The position numbers and the translations under genes were made by a program. The notes under the pieces are model-generated. The model had not been told where the DNA came from, searched no databases, and saw only the letters and a program-made list of their open reading frames with translations. A stretch of 61,997 nucleotides of DNA, the filler included, from Globobulimina sp. (taxonomy: Eukaryota), in the NCBI GenBank assembly GCA_003354225.1. It is 16 parts of 16 records of this genome, joined end to end, with 100 filler letters (N's around TTAATTAATTAA, not from the genome) between each part and the next. Parts side by side here need not be neighbours in the genome. Positions count along the whole stretch, not along the records: positions 23,301 to 27,081 come from PIVH01002101.1; positions 27,182 to 30,962 come from PIVH01002102.1; positions 31,063 to 34,843 come from PIVH01002103.1; positions 34,944 to 38,724 come from PIVH01002104.1; 12 more parts are not named here. One strand, written 5' to 3'. Position 1 is the stretch's first letter. Each line of letters opens with the position of its first letter. Below, one piece after another: positions 24,869 to 35,303 of this stretch.

Positions 24869-27081
24869 ATGGCAAACGCTGTAGATGCCGAAGGACAGTC
24901 CACTGTGCCAAATTATAATGACTGGGATTCGTCGGATGTTGCTGGTTGGATTATAAACCTTGATAAAGGAAGATATAGTAAATATTATTCAATATTTTCG
25001 CAAAATGCAGAAAACGAGGGTGTTGATGGAAGCTGTTTGAAAGATTTAGACAAAAATGATTTGCACCGATTAGGTATTACACAGTTTAAAGATAAAAGAG
25101 ATATATACAATGATATACAGCAATTGACCCAAAGCAGCAACAATAACAATAATAAGACTCAAGTCGTAAAAATTATTGTTACGCAGCTTGAAGAAGAAGC
25201 AATGCATAAATTAAAAGAATATAGTTCCAATATATCATCATTAACTAAACAATTATCCATATTTGACAATATGTTGACTAGTAATGTCCAAAAATGCCAA
25301 TCCCAAATAAATGATGAATTCAATACTTTGATGAATGAATTAAAGCAGAAACGAGAAAATATGATAAAAAAATTAACCAATATAGAAAGAAAAAAAAGAT
25401 CTGAAATTAACGCAAAAGCGCAAACATTGGGTGAAAAACAAGAAAATGTTAAACATGCAATTGAAACATGCAACGAATTGATTGAAAATCCCGGAATAGA
25501 TCGCGCCGAAAGAAAGAAAAAAATAATATCATCAATGATAAAGTTGTGAACACCTCATCCAATGATATAATCACATTTGCATTTAATACAAAGAGTACAT
25601 CCTCAGTTAAGACATTATTTATTAATCATTTTTGTTATATATATTTACAGCATTTTATGATCGACAGTTTATGGACGATTTATGCGATGTATTTGATGGA
25701 GACTTACATTCAATTCCTAGTACAGTGAAGTAAGCTTAAAATGACGTTTTTTCGTGATAAGGTTTTCTCAAAGGGATTGAGACTTATTGGCAAAATTCTT
25801 GCATAAATCCAGTAGTATCCTTTCAAAGAATACTAAATAAGAGTATAAAATGATTTGAAAAGAATGACTTTTTTCAAGCATTTTTATCACGAGAGGTAGG
25901 TGGAGTTTTTAAGTGCAAGGATTCAATGTCCATATCTCAGACACAAACAAGCTCAAGAAACAATTTGATTCCACATTCTATTCAAAAAATGCTATTTGGT
26001 GATGGTGTATTTGTTTATTTGGTGCTGTTGTGTCGATTTTTGTTATTTTCGTGATGATATCTATTGCTCCATACATCCAGCCAAAAAATGCATACAAAAA
26101 ATTATATACAGGAAGAATGTCCAAATGCGTTAAATCTAATGTTGCATCTTGAAAGAACTATCATTTGGATGCTAAATCCTAAAACACGGACCCATACAAG
26201 CCACACTTTTTGACTTTTACTCCATTGTAGGTTCTGCCCAGATGATAGATATAATGGAGTAGAACTCACGAAAATCGATACATATCGAAAAAATAATTTC
26301 ACAACAACAATTTATATTCAATCCTTTACGAGATGTGCAATAATTTGCTCTTCATTCTCTTGTATTTCTATTACTTTAGGTTTGACATTTAATATTTGCC
26401 CATTTTTCATGATTATAATTAACCAAATTACCATTTGTAATGCATCCATGTTGCAACCACGATAATGTAGAATATGGGCATCGACGATTGACCTTTGTGT
26501 CACGAGAGGCAGACAGCATTATGGTGATGTACGAAAAAACGTCATTTTAAGCTTACTTCACTGTATCAGCAATGTTCAATACAGCAATATTTATGAAACC
26601 AAAGCCACAGTTAATTTATTAATCATTTATATTTGCTATAAATATATAATTAAATTGTTTGGTATTCCTTTAAGGTGCAATGGAATGCAGCATTGTCGAA
26701 TGAAGACATAAATAAACAGCAAAAAAGGAGTTTGTTTATGAAAGTAGAATGTTTGAATGATGATATGGATGAAAAAGAAAAGGAATTAATAGACTCAAAG
26801 TTAATATTATTTGATAAACAGAAACAAAATTATCAATATAAAATTAGTGCATTGCGTGAAAACACAAAGTATCGAATGCAAATTATTTTCTTTGAATCAA
26901 ATAAAAAAAGAAACGATGTCCAACCAATATTTAGTCATTTCAAAACATTAAGGAATTCGAAATAATTTATTTATTCATCAGATTTTGACACAAACGGTAT
27001 TTGTTATGCATTGGGCACAGATTTTGGTGCAACAAAATACACAAATCCAGCGGAAAAAGGCTTAGTAACATTGCAATGTCT
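24869..27081 (+). pseudogene. SAM + coiled-coil + FN3 + HECTD1-like domain gene, interrupted and lesioned (3' partial)
   Basis: SAM domain (WDSSDVAGWI..GVDGSCL..LD..DLHRLGI). Introns 25606-25667 and 26610-26674. FN3-like SNIYETKAT|VQW..LRENTKY. FIYSSDFDTNGICYALGT..YTNP..GLV follows an in-frame TAA (26963-26965). 1-nt frameshift near 25517-25535. TE at 25723-26563. Confidence 0.72.
25723..26563. mobile_element. Non-autonomous Tc1/mariner-type element, 841 bp
   Basis: Perfect 33-bp TIR CAGTGAAGTAAGCTTAAAATGACGTTTTTTCGT (25723-25755 / 26531-26563). TA duplication at 25721-22 and 26564-65. Removal restores the reading frame HSIPSISNVQYSN. Confidence 0.95.
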
Positions 27082-27433
27082 NNNNNNNNNNNNNNNNNNN
27101 NNNNNNNNNNNNNNNNNNNNNNNNNTTAATTAATTAANNNNNNNNNNNNNNNNNNNNNNNNNNNNNNNNNNNNNNNNNNNNATAAAATAAGAAAATGTAA
27201 CACCTCTATATTTAATAACTTCCTTTCCTTTGACGCTCAGCTTCTTGTACCAAATAAGTGTATTGTGTGCAAGGATAAACGTTGTCAAAATCATGTTTAA
27301 TTTCTTGAGGTTTTGAAGACTTACAGTAAAAAACTTAGTGTTTCTTCTTGTTTTACGTTAATTACAATCTGAAAGAGTGTCAAGAATATATATACTATTA
27401 TATATACCTCAAATTAACGCCACATCTTTAATT

Positions 27434-28306
27434 ATGATGTTTTTTTTATTAATGGCACTTATTGGCGTCGCGTCATCAGAGTTCACATTCGAATCAAGTA
27501 ATTATCCAACTCGCTTCATTAGACATCGAGGTTATTTATTATATCTTGACCCAAAAGAAACTTCCGATTTATATAAAAAAGATTCAACATTTAAAGTGGT
27601 GACGGCAATAAATGGGGATCCCTCATTTATTAGTTTTGAGTCTGTAAATTTTCCGCAACATTATATCAGACATCAAAGTTGGAGGGCAAAAATCAGGTAC
27701 GTACGGTCACTGTGATAGGGACTAAATTAGGTCGGGTATTGTCTAAATCTGACTGCTCGGAATAATATGCTGACAGCTGACCAGTCAGATTTGTTCTGAC
27801 CGACCGAGTTATTTTCGGATCTAATATAAAATTATGACCTGCCCATCAACAATGACCGTACGTTTCTGACAAAAAATAGCAAGTTTGATGGCTCCACTTT
27901 ATTCCGCGAAGACGCGTCATTCAGAAAACAACCTGCATTAAATGGTAAAGTCGGTTTTTATTCGTTTGAATCGAGTAATTATCCGGGCCGTTTTTTAAGA
28001 CATCGAGGCTTTGAAATATGGCTTGATCCACAGGAAAATGCGCAATTATATAAAGATGATGCCTCGTTTACCTTTAATCCGGATTTTGGTTCTTGTAGAA
28101 ATGGTGAAACCGGAAATCTGTTACCTTTACCGGATACTTTTCCTATTTCGGGCTCGACATTAATGATTGCGGGTGGTTTATGTGCGGTGGTTGTGATTAT
28201 TAATATTGTGTTATTATTTAACATGTGTTGTAATAAAAGAAAAAGAGGATATGCGCAAGTTAAATATTTTGAGAGTGATTGTGAAGCAGAAGCGATTAAT
28301 AAATAA
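27434..28306 (+). CDS. Membrane-anchored AbfB/CBM42 (beta-trefoil) domain protein, intron 27697-27879
   Basis: Signal peptide; three repeats FES.N(Y/F)P..(F/Y)(I/L)RH.......D(S/A)(T/S)F; C-terminal TM helix and basic tail. The splice restores KISKFDG. Confidence 0.85.
27704..27858. mobile_element. 155-bp TA-flanked MITE inside an intron
   Basis: TA|CGGTCACTGTGATAGGG ... CCCATCAACAATGACCG|TA imperfect TIRs; internal inverted repeat AAATCTGACTG / CAGTCAGATTT. Confidence 0.78.
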
Positions 28307-29075
28307 AATGGAAAAAATAACACAAACCATGTAAATTTGTATTGGTTCGCTTAACTTTTACCCGTACATTAATGGGTAATGTGTGTGTTTATGTTTTTTG
28401 TATATATATCTTTGACACGTAAAAGGTTGATAAATTCCTAGTTGTGTATGGATCTATCGATATTTCATGCGTTATTTATTGATTTTTCGCTTTCATTGAT
28501 ATATTTTGTTGTTTTTTTTGCTTGTTAGTTTTATAGTATGTACAATATATATATTTTATGATTGCCTTTTGCCAATCTCCAAAAAAACAGTTAAAACACA
28601 TTGTATCGCCTTTTAAAAAACCGATCAAAAATAAATCAGCTTAAAATAAATCTTACTGTTGGGCCAGAACCGAAGTGCACATAATCCGAACACAAAAAAT
28701 AAGTACAGCAACGTTGCTTTCATCTGAATCAGTACATAAAGAATACAAACGAATGAATAAGACCGCGTCTACCAGCATTCCAACATTAATAAGACAGCGT
28801 ATTCTCCCTTTGTCTTTGATTATTAATTTGTTGACAATTTGTATGGAACTTTCTGTTCGAGTTCACGGTAATTAAAATTTTAAAACTGCGCGGATTTCTA
28901 TTTCACTACCACTAGTATGTAAAAGTGTACTTTTATAAATACAAAAAACAATATTTGTATACAGATTCACAACATATATAAACACACAAAGCACAAATCA
29001 CATAAAATCACATAAAACCACATAAAACCATACAAAAAGACACAAAATTACATTGCAATATGAATTAATATGGAA

Positions 29076-30275
29076 TTATAAATGTGAAAATTCAAATTTA
29101 GTATCAGACATTTTTACTAAAATACTTGTTTTTAACTTATTCCATTTATGTAATTTACGTCCTTCCTCCAAATATTTCAATCGACAATAAATTACAAATA
29201 TTATATGTCCCAATATATACAAACAACACATCACAACGCTAAGTTTAAAATCGATCTTTTCTGATCGTTCTCCAAATATACCTTCAGAATGATACCCAAC
29301 AATTAACGATTCCATTGCCAACAGCACAACATTCCCAAATATAAAATAATTATATTTATCAATTATAGTCAAATAGGAAACGCGCGGCAATTCTGAAGAT
29401 ATCACAAATTGAAAGGCAACAATGGTTAAAACCATAGTGATGGCAAAACCTAATCTTCCTTCAATATCTGTCGACTCATAACCAAATATACAAAATGACA
29501 GCAAACCCAACATAAACATCCAAACCACAATACTTTGAAATACTGATCTCCATTTTCGTTGTACTTGGATTTTAAAAATAATGCGTGGATATATGTCATT
29601 GACACCGCCTTTTTTTTTGCCTGCAGTTCTTGCGGCAACTCTGTCCATCTCTGTTGTCCTCACATCAACACAAACAATCCGCCAATCCGTGACAGCGCAC
29701 CAAGTTCTATCCACAGACATACATTCATCTCGAAGCATATCTGGGATAAATCTAAAATACTTTGATGGTACAGTTGGTGGAGCAAATACCAACGATAAAT
29801 CTTGAACATCAAAGGGGAAATTTGCGACTTCAAATTCCTCAGTAAAGTTACCATGGAATTTCATACGTTGACAATTGTAAAGTTTGCCATCTTTTGCTGA
29901 TTTTTTGATTTTAAAAATGTTATTTGTTGACCATGTCTGATATCTAAAATTGTTCATATCAATGCAGTTTTTAAAATCAATTCGGGGAACACGCTCTGGT
30001 TCGTATGTTTTCGCATTTTCGCCACATTCCCGTACATCTTTATCTGTCGCTGGCCATGTTTTGTCGAACACTGCTGCTATATTGTATCGTTGATTTGATG
30101 TATCGATGTTTATTAATTGATCAATACGCACACGCATTCCTAATACAGTTACATCTTTATCATATTGCTTTGTTTTGTGGTGCGTATTTACGCCCGCTGT
30201 GCATAGGTCGGTTTGTTCATTTTCTGATTCTGATTTAACTTCCATATGTGTCTGGCCAGGTAGACTCAGAGCCAT
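29076..30275 (-). CDS. Cys-less pentameric ligand-gated ion channel (Pro-loop receptor)
   Basis: RIDQLINID, PRIDFKN, NFPFDVQDL (Pro-loop), pre-M1 QR, four TM helices with RLGFAIT.VLT.VAF and LPRVSYLT.ID. Confidence 0.88.
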   Translation of the reverse strand: MALSLPGQTHMEVKSESENEQTDLCTAGVNTHHKTKQYDKDVTVLGMRVRIDQLINIDTSNQRYNIAAVFDKTWPATDKDVRECGENAKTYEPERVPRIDFKNCIDMNNFRYQTWSTNNIFKIKKSAKDGKLYNCQRMKFHGNFTEEFEVANFPFDVQDLSLVFAPPTVPSKYFRFIPDMLRDECMSVDRTWCAVTDWRIVCVDVRTTEMDRVAARTAGKKKGGVNDIYPRIIFKIQVQRKWRSVFQSIVVWMFMLGLLSFCIFGYESTDIEGRLGFAITMVLTIVAFQFVISSELPRVSYLTIIDKYNYFIFGNVVLLAMESLIVGYHSEGIFGERSEKIDFKLSVVMCCLYILGHIIFVIYCRLKYLEEGRKLHKWNKLKTSILVKMSDTKFEFSHL

Positions 30276-30571
30276 ACGTTAACTAAAGTTTTTTGGCTAA
30301 AATATTTTTCAAACATTTAAAGAAAAATGAACAATATTGTCAGGAAAAGACGGTTCCAATTAGTAGTGCGTGGATACGTTAGAAATTCCATATAGAGATA
30401 AGATAACATAATTAGAAAGGTTTTTGAAAGTTAATCTTAAGGTTTTTTAGCTTACTCAAAACAAAATGACTGGAGGAAATTATGAAGAGTTCAATCCTTT
30501 ATCGGAGATTGGTTTTCATATTAATGGTATTGTAGTATTGATAGGTTTATTATCAATTTGTGCGTTTTGTG

Positions 30572-30962
30572 CTACATCTTTGCCAACTCAGATAATGCTT
30601 CAGCTAATCGGGCGTTTTCGGGTCGAATGTCATCAATAACTTGATTTATCAAAGTCATATCGCACAATTCCGTGAAGTTTCTAAGCCTTTCGATAAGTGC
30701 CTCAGATAAAGCATTAATGGAGTTAATAAGTCTTTCATCTGACATTTTTTCGCTCGAAACAGCTAATTTCAAATCTTCTTTTTCTTGGTAAACATAACGA
30801 ACACCTAAATATTTTTGTATCAATTCAAAAATTTCAGACTCTCTGAAGGGCTTTCGAAGAAAATCGTTACAACCATGTTCAATCACTTTTAGACGGTTTT
30901 CTTCAAAAGCATCTGCGGTCAGGGCAATGATTACAGTGTCCTTTGCTTCCGCTGATGTTTTT
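30572..30962 (-). CDS. Bacterial-type hybrid histidine kinase C-terminus (receiver domain end; partial)
   Basis: VIIALTADAFEENRLKVIEHGCNDFLRKPFRESEIFELIQKYLGVRYVY followed by a helical extension; no introns. Confidence 0.8.
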
Positions 30963-31321
30963 NNNNNNNNNNNNNNNNNNNNNNNNNNNNNNNNNNNNNN
31001 NNNNNNTTAATTAATTAANNNNNNNNNNNNNNNNNNNNNNNNNNNNNNNNNNNNNNNNNNNNTAATTTTAAAATAGAAAAATAAATTATTAAATAAAAAC
31101 CATACTAACGGTCAACACAAAAACTAAAAAAAAAGAAATGTATTTACCATTCGCAGGATATATATATTATATATACCAATTAAATAAAGAATAAACTAAA
31201 CGTAACACGCATATATTTCACTTTTTTCTTCCATTATATTTTTGTGTATTTTTATGTGTTTCTGTCCGTTTTTGTGACAATTGGATTATTATTATTATTA
31301 TTGAAATGTAGTAAAAGTGAA

Positions 31322-33138
31322 TTAATACAAATGTTGTTTACTAATTGCCACAGGGAATGGGTCAGCATCATGTTTATGGACATTATGGGTGTTCTGAATA
31401 TTGGATTGGTATTCTTTTATTTGTATATTTATTCGATGCTGTCTTTCAATGTCATTTGACGTCTTTATGATTGGATGTATTTTTTTATTAATTGCATGAC
31501 GATGTTTATAATCGGTAATAATAAATTTATGTCTAATCGAATCTTCAGAGGTATAGCGCGTCAATGGATTTACATCCAATAAACCCGATAACAAATCAAT
31601 AAAACATAAAATATCCGGATTCATACAGTTAATAAGATTACTTTCTAAATTATTGTTAATTAATTTAGATTTGGTTTGATTTTTTAATTTCAGGTAACAT
31701 GATTCGTCCACTCTTCCTTCAAGATATATATCTTTGTAATGACACGATTTGTGATTATTGTAAATGTAATGAGGGAATGCGGACACTTTGTTATATATTT
31801 TGTGTATAACGGCTGTTTTTTTTTGTTCCTTACATCTAAATAATCGACAATATTCATTACAGTTATTTATTAATAATAGTTCAAATAAAATGCAACCAAT
31901 GCTCCACATATCAATTAACGGCGACATTTCATCAAAATTCCCAAATAACACTTCGGGCGATCTATACCATAATGTTTGTATATTAAATGATTTTAATTTT
32001 TTATTGACAGAGATAGCATTGCCAAAATCTACAATTTTTATTCTCGGAAATTTGCTTAATTTATTATTGACATTGTAACAGTCACTATAATCAATTAAAA
32101 TATTTTCCGGTTTTAAGTCCGCGTGAATGCAATTACCGACGCCATGAATAAACGACATTGCACTGAAAATTTGAATTGCAATATAACGGATCGTCGATAA
32201 TGATATTTGATATTTTGTATATTCGTGTAATTTAATATATTGTAACAATGAATAACCGCATAGCTCCATAACAATACATGGACCTATCAATGTTAATTCA
32301 TTTGTACTTTTTTTATTTTCCTCATTTTTTTCGTTATGCACTAAATTTAAAATTGGACAGTTATCATTTGAAAGATACAACAATTCCTTACATTTTATGA
32401 TAAAATCTTTTCCAGACTCGTTGGTTTTGATATTATTCAAATTCATAATGGTTTTGCCTTCATTAATAAAAGTAATCTCGTACTTTTTTCTTTGATTACT
32501 ATTCCAATGCGCTTTGTTTTTGATCATTTTTATTGCATACCGTTGTTGCTTGTTTTTACACAGATCATAGTTATCGATGACACTCCAAATATCACCAAAT
32601 GTGCCCGTGCCAATACGGTTGATTGCAGTGTATTTATAGGCGCACGGAGACTGCAACGTGTTCTTAATGTTATTGTTTGCCGGTTGCGGGATTGGAAGAG
32701 CTGAATGTTTGTTTGTACCTTGTTTTTGCTTTGATGACTGTTGAAAGGGGAAAGAGTGCGATGAAAGTGTCAGTGTCGCCGACGTATAATTTGAATCAAA
32801 TGATTGCTGTGGATAGGATGGTTGATAATTACTATTTGATGCGTAGGATGGAGTTTGTCCAACTGCTGAGAGAGTGTATCAATATTTATTTCTTCATTTC
32901 ATTTGCTATACAAATCACAGTACATACCATAATTATTGCAAGTACCGGTGTTGCTGGCAGATGACAACGGGAAATTGTTCGTAGATAACGGAAAAGCGGG
33001 GAAATTATTATGGTGCATTGAATGAAATATATTATTGGTTCTCGACAGGTTTTGGAACGCTTTGTACTCATTACGTTGTTGACTATTTACTGGTTCCATA
33101 TCACTATGGCAGCTCTTTGGCTCTTCATCCTGTTGCAT
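31322..33138 (-). CDS. CMGC (DYRK/HIPK-like) protein kinase, intron 32866-32927
   Basis: IGTGTFG, AIK, IHADLKPEN, DFG, IQTLWYRSPE, DMWSIGC. The splice joins ORF 33138 in frame to ORF 32656. Confidence 0.88.
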
Positions 33139-33318
33139 TTGTATATACTTCTAATCACTGCTCAATCCTATATTATGTAATCAACCCTCCTTATCAACCG
33201 GAAGAGGATTCAATTAAAATTGGCAGAGCATATTATTCAAAGTTGAGAGGATGAAAAGAAAAGAAAGAGATGTCATAATTTGAGTCAAACTAGCTTCAGT
33301 TACATCTTCATTTTAATC

Positions 33319-34341
33319 ATGTCTTCGTTATCAGCAGCCCGTGCAGATGGGTTTTACAATCCGCCCGATTGGGATCCATCCAAGATATCTAGAGATAAGT
33401 ACCAAGGCTCAAAAGGAAGCAATCAATACGAACAAAGAGGAGAAATTCGATTCGAAATGCCGTGGAATATATGGTGTGCCACTTGTGATTCACACATTGG
33501 TCGCGGCGTTCGATACAATGCTAAAAAAAATCATATTGGAAACTATTTCAGTACGAAAATATGGGAATTTTGCATGAAATGTCATATTTGTAAAGGAGTT
33601 ATAAAAATATGTACCGACCCACAAAACTGTGATTATAAAGTCAGCGAAGGCGGAAAGAGGCGGTGTATGACATATTCTGTGGACGACTTAGAATTAATTG
33701 ATATTAAAAATGATTTACATAAACAAAAAATGGAAAGCGATCCAATTTATAATTTGCAAAATAAAGAAATTGATAAGAAAAATAAGTTGCAAAATGCGTT
33801 ACGATTACAATCATTGTACACATTGCAAGAAAGGGAAAAAAATGACTATGATAACAATTGTAATTTGAGGAAGCAATTTAGAGCTAAAAAAAAGAAAAAA
33901 TTAAATTTGCAAAAACACGCAGATAATAAAGGCATTGCTATCGATTTATTGGAGTTTACGAAAGACGATGAAATAAAAGCAAATGAAATGAAATTTAAAA
34001 ATAAAAATAAAATTACTTTATCTGCAAAGAAAAAATTGAAAATTAAACGGGTAAAACTTGAGAATGAGTCTATATTTAAGGGACAATATAAATGTAAATA
34101 TAAAGGGAATAAATCGAGGAAATTGTTGCGGAGCAATAATAAAAAAAATCATAATTCATCCTTGCACTTAAAAACAAAACTGGTTCAAAGTAAATCTGCA
34201 AAGTCTTTGTTGAATCACAAAATTAAATGTAAACAGGAAAAGAAAGTATTATTATTGAAGAAAATGAAGAATGCTAAACGGTGTAAAGGTGGTGGTGCGT
34301 TCTCGGTGGATTTGAAAAGAAATAGGTTCGCTCGGAAATGA
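33319..34341 (+). CDS. YJU2B: CWC16/Yju2-family splicing factor (CCDC130/YJU2B-like)
   Basis: ADGFYNPPDWDP, IRFEMPWNIWC..C..HIGRGVRYNAKK...GNY.STKIW.F.MKC..C....TDPQNCDY. Confidence 0.9.
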   Translation: MSSLSAARADGFYNPPDWDPSKISRDKYQGSKGSNQYEQRGEIRFEMPWNIWCATCDSHIGRGVRYNAKKNHIGNYFSTKIWEFCMKCHICKGVIKICTDPQNCDYKVSEGGKRRCMTYSVDDLELIDIKNDLHKQKMESDPIYNLQNKEIDKKNKLQNALRLQSLYTLQEREKNDYDNNCNLRKQFRAKKKKKLNLQKHADNKGIAIDLLEFTKDDEIKANEMKFKNKNKITLSAKKKLKIKRVKLENESIFKGQYKCKYKGNKSRKLLRSNNKKNHNSSLHLKTKLVQSKSAKSLLNHKIKCKQEKKVLLLKKMKNAKRCKGGGAFSVDLKRNRFARK

Positions 34342-34943
34342 TGTATATTCGTCAAATGGTCAAAACTCGCCATTCATTGTATTGTTAATTTAATGCGCAA
34401 ATGTTTAATTTGTTAAGCAATCACACGGAATGGTCACGGATTGCAGAACGATTTTTTTATTTAAAACATGTCAACCGCCGAAGACGCATTGTCAAATGAT
34501 AGCAAATGATATAACGTGGCAATTAGCGTCAGCTGAGAATAAATTTAAATATCTCAATTTTTAAAATAGGCAATTGTCCGATTTAATTATTATCGATATC
34601 ATAATTATGGAACAATATCAAATAATAATTTCAAAGGCTCAACACATTGTGCAATTTATGGTGGATTTCATTTGAATTCAATCAAACACAAAAAATGCTG
34701 TAAAAACCAAGTTAGCCATCAAGTGATAAACCAGCAGAGACTGAGGCACACACTTCAGAGCCTACCATATCACCGATAACTAATTCATTTCACCACAATC
34801 AACAATATAAAGGATGATATGATATGATATGACGTCAAAATGGNNNNNNNNNNNNNNNNNNNNNNNNNNNNNNNNNNNNNNNNNNNNTTAATTAATTAAN
34901 NNNNNNNNNNNNNNNNNNNNNNNNNNNNNNNNNNNNNNNNNNN

Positions 34944-35160
34944 AACAAGAAAAACAAATAAAATCAAGTGTTCATTATATGGGATTTGGAAGGATTGTGA
35001 AGAAGAAGAAGGTGGAGATAGACGAAGTTGGTTATTTTATGTATATTCATCAATTGCATCATCATTAAATATTAAATATCCAAAAATAAAAATATCAATA
35101 CAACAAACAAGTGATAGTGATGGATGGAGACGAGATTTATTAGTTTTTGAATGTTTGTGA
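34944..35160 (+). CDS. 3' end of an unidentified gene (partial)
   Basis: Open frame from the contig edge, TRKTNKIKCSLYGIWKD...DGWRRDLLVFECL*. Confidence 0.4.
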
Positions 35161-35303
35161 TTGTAATTGTTTGTTTGCTTTGTTTTAATTTTTTGTTGTT
35201 TTATATGGTGTAGTAATATATTTTTTGTTGTTTTAGTATCTTAATACAATATTTGCGTAAGATTTCATCAAGCTGAGCGAAAAAAAAAACTTTAGAAAAA
35301 AGC

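Noticed and set aside
25517-25535. Programmed -1 frameshifting here and near 61085
   Set aside because: No canonical X XXY YYZ heptamer in frame and no evident stimulatory structure. A homopolymer error or decay is simpler.
25756-26530. Short ORFs inside the mariner-type element as transposase remnants
   Set aside because: No DD(D/E), WVPHEL or YSPDL motifs recognised.
26963-26965. In-frame TAA here and at 51988 as evidence of stop-codon reassignment
   Set aside because: TAA terminates intact genes at natural ends (e.g. sulfatase 5729-5731), long ORFs lack internal TAA, and both genes carry other lesions.
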